Shown here in pieces: positions 6,917-12,109 of a stretch of DNA of 36,921 nucleotides; the first letter of the stretch is position 1; each line of letters opens with the position of its first letter. The translations under genes were made by a program, and so were the position numbers. The notes beneath the pieces were generated by a model. The model was given only the letters and a program-made list of their open reading frames with translations. It did not search any database and was not told where the DNA came from. Source of the stretch: a virus; IMG/VR virus record IMGVR_UViG_3300045988_076101; one strand, written 5' to 3'.

Positions 6917-7069
6917 ATGGAGGACACCAGACGAAGAGACCAGATCAACCGAATTATCAGCAAGTATCAGCTCCTGCCGCCGGAAGACCGGGAGAGGGTG
7001 CTCACTCTCCTTGCGTTTTTAATAGCAGATCAACATAGTCCTCCATGCGCTGCAAGTTCTCATCGTTGA
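6917..7069 (+). CDS. Possible 50-aa ORF convergent with, and overlapping by 68 nt, the 3' end of the repressor gene
   Basis: Strong SD aggagg 6 nt upstream of ATG 6917. The peptide MEDTRRRDQINRIISKYQLLPPEDRERVLTLLAFL... is below the ORF-track cutoff. Coding status uncertain. Confidence 0.25.
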   Translation: MEDTRRRDQINRIISKYQLLPPEDRERVLTLLAFLIADQHSPPCAASSHR

Positions 7070-7304
7070 GCAGCTTCAGCTTGCGGTTAAGCCTGTCGTC
7101 CTTGACGACGGGCTTTTCTTTTTGCCCCAAAAGCTCATCTATTGAGCAATTAAAAATGTCGGCCATTCGTTTCAAGGATTCAAAATCAGGCTCACGGCGA
7201 CCGACTTCCCAGCCGCTCACAGTGCCCTGTTTGACTGACAGCATATCGGCAAGGTCTTTTTGCTTGAGCCTTGCTTCCTGCCTAAATTCCTTGATACGAT
7301 TCAT
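7002..7304 (-). CDS. XRE-family HTH repressor (CI-like, 100 aa, no peptidase domain)
   Basis: LKQKDLADMLSVKQGTVSGWEVGRREPDFESLKRMADIFNCSIDELLG is a canonical XRE HTH. Divergent from the strong promoter at 7390. Confidence 0.85.
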   Translation of the reverse strand: MNRIKEFRQEARLKQKDLADMLSVKQGTVSGWEVGRREPDFESLKRMADIFNCSIDELLGQKEKPVVKDDRLNRKLKLLNDENLQRMEDYVDLLLKTQGE

Positions 7305-7389
7305 AGTTTATCACCTGATATAACAATACGCGATATTCCCGGCGTTTTCAAGCTTTATAACAAATCGCTTATTTTTTTAATATTACCTC

Positions 7390-7418
7390 TTGACATATAG
7401 CGAAACGCTGTATATAAT
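7390..7418 (+). promoter_or_regulatory. Consensus early promoter (TTGACA-17 nt-TATAAT)
   Basis: TTGACA at 7390-7395 and TATAAT at 7413-7418, read directly. Divergent from the repressor gene. Confidence 0.75.
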
Positions 7419-7457
7419 CAGAATCGCAAACCGCTGTATAAAGCGCAACGCTATAAA
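7406..7457 (+). promoter_or_regulatory. Three CGCT(G)TATA-type repeats (7406-7414, 7432-7440, 7449-7457); candidate operators overlapping and following the -10 box
   Basis: CGCTGTATA occurs twice and CGCTATAAA once, read directly. Confidence 0.4.
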
Positions 7458-7485
7458 TTATAACGGAGGCGAGGGCAGGGAAATG
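7453..7485 (+). repeat. Plus-strand leader block copy 1 (ataaattataacggaggcgagggcagggaaATG)
   Basis: 33 nt with 3 mismatches to 8175-8207. Ends exactly at the start codon of 7483..7833. Confidence 0.85.
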
Positions 7486-7833
7486 AAGTGGACATTCGAC
7501 GACGGCCATGAAATTTACATAGAGGCTGTCAGGTGCGCCCCGGACGACACAAGCACACTGGTCTTTTGGCCGACTATGCAGCTCCGCGCCAGCGACCGGC
7601 AAAAACTTGAGACAGAGCTCTCGGAAAAGTTCGGCAGAAAAGTTGTTGTCATGCCGTCATACCTGACCAATCAGCCCGGTGCAACCGTAAGAAACTGCGA
7701 TTCGAGCTGCATGCGGGATCGAATACAGTCGCTTGACGAAAGGCTCAGCAGGAAGATTTTTGCCTGGAAGATTCTTTCCTTGTCCAATGCTATTGTGCTT
7801 ATCCTTCACAGCATCCGCATTATTTTAGGCTGA
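7483..7833 (+). CDS. Hypothetical 116-aa protein with a C-terminal TM helix (first early gene)
   Basis: SD ggagg in the duplicated leader. C-terminal AWKILSLSNAIVLILHSIRIILG. Family not recognised. Confidence 0.6.
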   Translation: MKWTFDDGHEIYIEAVRCAPDDTSTLVFWPTMQLRASDRQKLETELSEKFGRKVVVMPSYLTNQPGATVRNCDSSCMRDRIQSLDERLSRKIFAWKILSLSNAIVLILHSIRIILG

Positions 7834-8122
7834 AAAACGATAGAATCCCCACAAGACTGCCGACAACACCGATCGCAGTAAACACAGCATCGGCAACCTC
7901 TTTTCCCCTTTTCTTTTTCATCTGCACGTACTCCTCCAAGAAGCCGTCATCAATGGTGACCGTGCAGGAGTCGGAGATATCAGCGTCCGAGTAGCTGATT
8001 GTCAGCGGCGGGAAAGCATAGTTAAGCTTCAGATAGCTCTCAAGCTTCGCATGCCGGAGAATCTTGTCAAGCTGTTTATAACGAATGATCATCCCGCAAA
8101 GCTTGTATTGTTCTTTTGTCAT
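7820..8122 (-). CDS. Hypothetical 100-aa tail-anchored membrane protein
   Basis: ATG at 8122 with SD aaaggtgg inside the duplicated 38-nt block. C-terminal KKKRGKE + VADAVFTAIGVVGSLVGILSFF. The 3' end overlaps 7483..7833 by 14 nt. Confidence 0.6.
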   Translation of the reverse strand: MTKEQYKLCGMIIRYKQLDKILRHAKLESYLKLNYAFPPLTISYSDADISDSCTVTIDDGFLEEYVQMKKKRGKEVADAVFTAIGVVGSLVGILSFFSLK

Positions 8123-8156
8123 GGCAACAACCACCTTTCACGGCGATATTACCACA
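8119..8156 (-). repeat. Minus-strand promoter/leader block copy 1 (38 nt, identical to 8825-8862)
   Basis: The minus strand reads tgtggtaatatcgccgtgaaaggtggttgttgccATGa, giving an extended -10 (TGnTAATAT), an SD and the start codon. Confidence 0.9.
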
Positions 8157-8174
8157 TGGAATACATAAACACAA

Positions 8175-8207
8175 ATAAATCATAACGGAGGCGAGGGCAG
8201 AAAAATG
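8175..8207 (+). repeat. Plus-strand leader block copy 2 (ataaatcataacggaggcgagggcagaaaaATG)
   Basis: Matches 7453-7485 at 30 of 33 positions. Ends at the start codon of 8205..8459. Confidence 0.85.
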
Positions 8208-8459
8208 TACATACATGAAGCGATTAAGAAAGCGCAGGAGAGAAACGCCGCCGGGCAGTCATGGGGATTGCGCCGCGCAGACTGGGGCGAAGATTACCTG
8301 AGCTTTAGCAAATGGTACCCGCCCAACGGCGAACGCAAAATATATGAGTGTCTCATTTTAAATGATTCCTGCGTGAGTGCATGGTATCCCACAACTGAGG
8401 AGCTTACAGCGGATGACTGGAGATTGGCACCTCTCGGCGGGCCGAAAATCCGGCGCTGA
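8205..8459 (+). CDS. DUF2829 / Tad2-like small protein (candidate anti-Thoeris nucleotide sponge)
   Basis: 84 aa. N-terminal IHEAIKKAQE...RRADWGEDYL and C-terminal SAWYPTTEELTADDWRL fit the DUF2829 pattern (..W.P...DLLA.DW..) by eye. Confidence 0.5.
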   Translation: MYIHEAIKKAQERNAAGQSWGLRRADWGEDYLSFSKWYPPNGERKIYECLILNDSCVSAWYPTTEELTADDWRLAPLGGPKIRR

Positions 8460-8828
8460 TCAAAGAATCCCCACCACGCGGAGGACTATATCGGCAACGG
8501 AAGCAAGGAGCGCCGCGATCGCAATCGCCAGCGTGGCAGATGCCCGCTTGTCATCACGGCGGCTGCTGTCCACCTGCTCCATTTCGGCGCGTCCGACATC
8601 CGCAAGCCGAAGAGCTTCGGCTGTGTGTTTATACTCGTTCGCCGCCCCGATCGGCATTATACAGCCGGAATCCCATAAATCGGCAATGAGCCGCGACCCG
8701 GCATCAAGCTTTGACGCCTGCTCCGCGACGTCCTTATACGCTGCGGTCTGCCGGAAACAATCGTCCTTTATGATGTACTGCTGAGTCTCAATGTATTTAA
8801 GCAGTTCATACGCAGATTCACTTATCAT
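8460..8828 (-). CDS. Hypothetical 122-aa tail-anchored membrane protein
   Basis: ATG at 8828 inside the second copy of the 38-nt block. C-terminal RRDDKR + ASATLAIAIAALLASVADIVLRVVGIL. Abuts 8205..8459 tail to tail. Confidence 0.6.
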   Translation of the reverse strand: MISESAYELLKYIETQQYIIKDDCFRQTAAYKDVAEQASKLDAGSRLIADLWDSGCIMPIGAANEYKHTAEALRLADVGRAEMEQVDSSRRDDKRASATLAIAIAALLASVADIVLRVVGIL

Positions 8829-8862
8829 GGCAACAACCACCTTTCACGGCGATATTACCACA
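8825..8862 (-). repeat. Minus-strand promoter/leader block copy 2 (38 nt, identical to 8119-8156)
   Basis: Direct comparison of the two stretches. Confidence 0.9.
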
Positions 8863-8875
8863 AGGAGGCAGGGAA

Positions 8876-9073
8876 ATGAAAGTATTCGTCAGTATCTTCT
8901 TCGGAGCGGCGGTGATCCTCACGGCTTACTCAAATGTAGGCGCATGGCAGAGCGCGATTGTGCTCTGGAAGTACGGCAGCCGCTGGCCGGTCGCGGGCGT
9001 AGCCCTGCTGACGCTCCTGACGCTGTTCGCCTGGGCTGTGGGCTGCTACCTCATCAAGCATTACATATTTTAG
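8876..9073 (+). CDS. Hypothetical 65-aa protein with two TM helices
   Basis: The leader ggcagggaaatgaa repeats the end of the 7453 block. Hydrophobic helices VFVSIFFGAAVILTAY and VAGVALLTLLTLFAWAVGCYLI. Confidence 0.5.
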   Translation: MKVFVSIFFGAAVILTAYSNVGAWQSAIVLWKYGSRWPVAGVALLTLLTLFAWAVGCYLIKHYIF

Positions 9074-9228
9074 TTTTCTCCTTTTCTATCCTCTCTATAC
9101 CTTTCCCCTTGCATCTCCCCGCGGTCTTTGCTCTTCTTTTCCCACGGGGAGGCCTTAATGCAGCCGACGCCGGTCGCAAGCCCGGGAGCAAAATGCAGAG
9201 CGAGGCAGACAGAAAGCAGGTGACGATA

Positions 9229-9480
9229 ATGGACGAGCTCAAAAGGCTGCGCGAGGCCGCGGGACTATCCCAAGTCCAGCTTGCATTGAGACTGGGCGTG
9301 TCGCAGGGCACTATAGCACACTGGGAAATCGGCAGACGCGCTCCGCAGGCCAGGCACCTTATAAAGCTGGCGAACATCCTCGGATGCAGCGTTGACGCGC
9401 TGCTCGGACTGAACACCCAGAGCGCGGACGCAGCCCGTGACAATACAATACCTGACAGGGAGGTGCGCGTCAATGGATAA
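9229..9480 (+). CDS. XRE-family HTH protein (Cro/antirepressor-like; start 9229, alternative start 9193)
   Basis: LKRLREAAGLSQVQLALRLGVSQGTIAHWEIGRRAPQARHLIKLANILGCSVDALLG. Confidence 0.8.
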   Translation: MDELKRLREAAGLSQVQLALRLGVSQGTIAHWEIGRRAPQARHLIKLANILGCSVDALLGLNTQSADAARDNTIPDREVRVNG

Positions 9481-9925
9481 GGACGCCCGGAACATCTACA
9501 GAAACGCGCGGCAGACTGCCGGTCTGACGCAGGAGCGCTGGGCGGAGCTGCTGGGGATATCCCCGGACAGCGTCCGACGGTACGAGGCCGGGGCGATGCT
9601 CCCCAGCGACGAGACGGTGCTGATGATGGCGGAGACGACGGGAATCCTCGTTCTGCCGCTATGGCACCTCAGGGCTAAGAGCACGATAGCCGAGGACATG
9701 CTCCCGGATGTGCCGGACGTGCCGCTGCCTCAGGCGGTGCTGAAGCTGCTGACATCGGTCAAGGCCGTGAGCGGCAGCATCGACAACCTGATACAGATCG
9801 CGTCTGACGGCATGGTCGACAACCGCGAGGAGGCGCTCTTTGAGGAGATCGCAGGCGACCTCGACGACGTTATACAGGCGGCGATCGCCGTCAAGTGCGC
9901 GGGAGGTGCGAGGCATGCAGAGTGA
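9473..9925 (+). CDS. XRE-type HTH protein with a C-terminal domain of unknown function
   Basis: ATG 9473 overlaps the upstream stop (ATGGATAA). IYRNARQTAGLTQERWAELLGISPDSVRRYEAG is an HTH. Confidence 0.7.
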   Translation: MDKDARNIYRNARQTAGLTQERWAELLGISPDSVRRYEAGAMLPSDETVLMMAETTGILVLPLWHLRAKSTIAEDMLPDVPDVPLPQAVLKLLTSVKAVSGSIDNLIQIASDGMVDNREEALFEEIAGDLDDVIQAAIAVKCAGGARHAE

Positions 9926-10139
9926 CAGATATCAGGGACGCTTCCCCGGCTACACCGGGAAGAAGCTCTTCGAGGTCGAGCACCCGGTATTCGGGCGCTG
10001 CACCGTGGCCGCCCCCGACGAGAACGCGGCGCTGCTGCCCGCGGCGACCTTCTGGCACACGTTCTGGGGAGGGCAGGAGTTCTACGCATACGCGAAGGTA
10101 ACACGCGCCGGGCTGATGGAGAGGAACTCCAATGGTTGA
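9915..10139 (+). CDS. Hypothetical protein (74 aa)
   Basis: SD gggaggtg upstream of ATG 9915. Overlaps the upstream stop. Confidence 0.5.
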   Translation: MQSDRYQGRFPGYTGKKLFEVEHPVFGRCTVAAPDENAALLPAATFWHTFWGGQEFYAYAKVTRAGLMERNSNG

Positions 10140-10146
10140 GCTTACG

Positions 10147-10233
10147 ATGATGGTGCGCGCCGCGCTGTTCTTCGGCGTGATAGGGACTGTCCTCAGCGCG
10201 CTTGCGCTGGCGCTGTATTGGAGGAGGCACTGA
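10147..10233 (+). CDS. Possible 28-aa hydrophobic peptide (MMVRAALFFGVIGTVLSALALALYWRRH)
   Basis: Fills the gap between two genes, and its TGA overlaps the next ATG (TGATG). Single TM helix. Below the ORF-track cutoff. Confidence 0.35.
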   Translation: MMVRAALFFGVIGTVLSALALALYWRRH

Positions 10234-10502
10234 TGGACGATAAGCTTATATCGAAGCTGGACGCCGCCGATATGCTCGGGGTCTCCGTCAAGACCGTCGA
10301 GCGGATGATCGCCGACGGCGACCTGCCCATGTACAAGATTCGCGGGCAGTGCAGGCTGATGACGTCCGACATTAAGACGTACATAGCGGGCTGCCGCAGA
10401 GTTGCGGCTAAGGCAGCCCCCGTCCCCGCGCGCAGGCAGCCCGCCCGACGCGGCTCGAAGCTCGTCGGCTGCGGGTACTACCCGGGGATGAAAGTGGTAT
10501 AA
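10233..10502 (+). CDS. Excisionase-type (MerR/HTH_17-like) DNA-binding protein
   Basis: SD ggaggagg upstream of ATG 10233. LDAADMLGVSVKTVERMIADGDLPMYKIRGQCRL fits the excisionase-family HTH pattern. Confidence 0.65.
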   Translation: MDDKLISKLDAADMLGVSVKTVERMIADGDLPMYKIRGQCRLMTSDIKTYIAGCRRVAAKAAPVPARRQPARRGSKLVGCGYYPGMKVV

Positions 10503-10542
10503 CGGGCGCACTGCGCCTGAAATTTAGACAAGGAGGCTAATT

Positions 10543-10908
10543 ATGATCAAATGCGACGCTATGAAGCTCAACCCGCGCGGCCATGTGGTAGCCGAGGGCG
10601 GCCCTTTGCAGATTCTTTCAGAGGCAAAGCTCTTGTTCTGTGAACTTATTAATCGCGAGAAGCTTTCTCCCGTTGCGGCGCGCTTCGCAGTAGAGGCGGC
10701 TATAGAGGTATGCAAGCTCGGCAACAGAGAGCTCAGCTTTTCAGAATACTCCGCCGCTTGTGATATCGCCGAGAAAAGAGTCGGATTCGACTGGAGCAAG
10801 TTCGTCGAAGAATGCACCGGCACAGCTTTCCCCGGACGCACCGCTGGTAAGGACGACGGCGCGCCGACGGGCGACCGCTCGGTCGAGGTCTACGTTATCA
10901 AGCTCTGA
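10543..10908 (+). CDS. Hypothetical protein (121 aa)
   Basis: SD aaggagg upstream. Its stop codon is the first triplet of the 55-bp repeat. Confidence 0.55.
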   Translation: MIKCDAMKLNPRGHVVAEGGPLQILSEAKLLFCELINREKLSPVAARFAVEAAIEVCKLGNRELSFSEYSAACDIAEKRVGFDWSKFVEECTGTAFPGRTAGKDDGAPTGDRSVEVYVIKL

Positions 10909-10960
10909 GCGCTTTGGACCCTGCGGCATCGGGAACGGTGCCGCATATCGAGAGCACTCG
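10906..10960 (+). repeat. 55-bp intergenic element copy 1 (tgagcgctttggaCcctgcggcatcgggaacggtgccgcatatcgagagcactcg)
   Basis: Matches 12036-12090 at 54 of 55 positions. Contains the hairpin TGCGGCA-10 nt-TGCCGCA (10922-10945). Confidence 0.9.
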
Positions 10961-10989
10961 CGTCTCGAAAAATTAAAGGAGGTTTACCA

Positions 10990-11280
10990 ATGTTTGAGAA
11001 CAAGTATGTAATCGTCCGCGGCGATCGCTCCGGCGTATTTGCCGGGCATCTCAAGAGCAAGGAGGGCAGAGAGGTCACGCTGACCGACTGCCGCCGCATC
11101 TGGTATTGGGACGGTGCAGCCAGCATATCCGAGCTTGCCAACATAGGCACCAAGAAGCCCCAGTCCTGTAAGTTCCCCGCACCGGTCGCCGAGATCTGTA
11201 TAACGGACGCGATCGAGATCATCCCCTGCACCGAGGCCGCAGAGGCGAGCATCAAGGCGGTTCGCGTATGGACAGCTTAA
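10990..11280 (+). CDS. Conserved phage protein of unknown function (96 aa)
   Basis: SD aaaggagg. The sequence KYVIVRGDRSGVFAGHL...RRIWYWDGAASISELA resembles a recurrent Firmicute-phage family whose name I do not recall. Confidence 0.6.
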   Translation: MFENKYVIVRGDRSGVFAGHLKSKEGREVTLTDCRRIWYWDGAASISELANIGTKKPQSCKFPAPVAEICITDAIEIIPCTEAAEASIKAVRVWTA

Positions 11281-12038
11281 CAGTTCAGGAGTTCCTGAAG
11301 GTCGAATTTAACGGCGACGGCTACGGCTCCGGCGACGGCTACGGCTCCGGCGACGGCTACGGCTCCGGCGACGGCTCCGGCTCCGGCTACGGCGACGGCT
11401 CCGGCTCCGGCGACGGCTCCGGCGACGGCGACGGCTCCGGCTACGGCTACGGCGACGGCTACGGCTCCGGCGACGGCTCCGGCTCCGGCTACGGCTCCGG
11501 CTCCGGCTACGGCTACGGCTACGGCTCCGGCTCCGGCTACGGCGACGGCTCCGGCGACGGCTCCGGCTACGGCTTAAAGAGTCTCTGTGGAGAACCTGTC
11601 TATATGATCGACGGTGTGCCGACGATCATCACCGGGCTCCGCGGCTCTGTCGCGATGGGGTTTATCGTGATGACCGACCTGTCGAAGCGCAAGACATTTG
11701 TCGTCAAGGGCGGCGGAAAGTTCGCGCACGGTGAGGATCTCCACGCAGCTCAGGCAGCGCTGGAGGAAAAGCTTTTTGACGATATGCCCGTCGAGGAGAA
11801 GCTTGAAGCGTTCCGGGAGCAGTTTACACCGGGCGAGGCTTACACCGTCGCGGACTTCTATGACTGGCATCATCGCCTCACGGGCAGCTGCACGCAGGGG
11901 CGCGACGCCTTCGCGCAGGATCATGAGCTCAGCATGAACGACGCCATGACTCCGGAGGAGTTCATCGACCTGACTAAGGACGCATTTGGCGGCCGGATCA
12001 TCCGCCAGCTTGCGGAGCACTACGGTATTGATCTGTGA
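11268..12038 (+). CDS. Protein with an 87-residue (Gly-X)n tract (X = Asp/Tyr/Ser) and a conserved C-terminal domain of unknown function
   Basis: ATG 11268 overlaps the upstream stop. The C-terminal domain has the motif WHHRLTGSCTQGRDAF. Its stop is the first triplet of 55-bp repeat copy 2. Confidence 0.7.
   Translation: MDSLTVQEFLKVEFNGDGYGSGDGYGSGDGYGSGDGSGSGYGDGSGSGDGSGDGDGSGYGYGDGYGSGDGSGSGYGSGSGYGYGYGSGSGYGDGSGDGSGYGLKSLCGEPVYMIDGVPTIITGLRGSVAMGFIVMTDLSKRKTFVVKGGGKFAHGEDLHAAQAALEEKLFDDMPVEEKLEAFREQFTPGEAYTVADFYDWHHRLTGSCTQGRDAFAQDHELSMNDAMTPEEFIDLTKDAFGGRIIRQLAEHYGIDL
11313..11573 (+). repeat. In-frame hexanucleotide tandem repeat built from only four codons (GGC + GAC/TAC/TCC)
   Basis: 261 nt read directly. 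Every odd codon is GGC and every even codon is GAC, TAC or TCC. Confidence 0.95.
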
Positions 12039-12090
12039 GCGCTTTGGAACCTGCGGCATCGGGAACGGTGCCGCATATCGAGAGCACTCG
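12036..12090 (+). repeat. 55-bp intergenic element copy 2
   Basis: One mismatch to 10906-10960. Lies immediately upstream of the SD of the replisome-organiser gene. Confidence 0.9.
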
Positions 12091-12109
12091 AAAAAGAGGA
12101 GGAGAGACT

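Noticed and set aside
8791-9480. 229-codon plus-strand ORF spanning the cassette boundary, the two-TM gene and the XRE gene.
   Set aside because: - The upstream 145 codons overlap the minus-strand gene start and the 8876..9073 gene in another frame.
- They also cross the polypyrimidine tract, and no SD precedes them.
- The XRE domain starts at an internal ATG (9229) preceded by an SD-like sequence.
11313-11573. Highly regular short repeats that could be mistaken for a CRISPR array or a non-coding satellite.
   Set aside because: - The period is 6 nt with no spacers.
- The tract is entirely in frame inside an ORF that continues into a conserved C-terminal domain.
- No cas genes or leader sequence are present.
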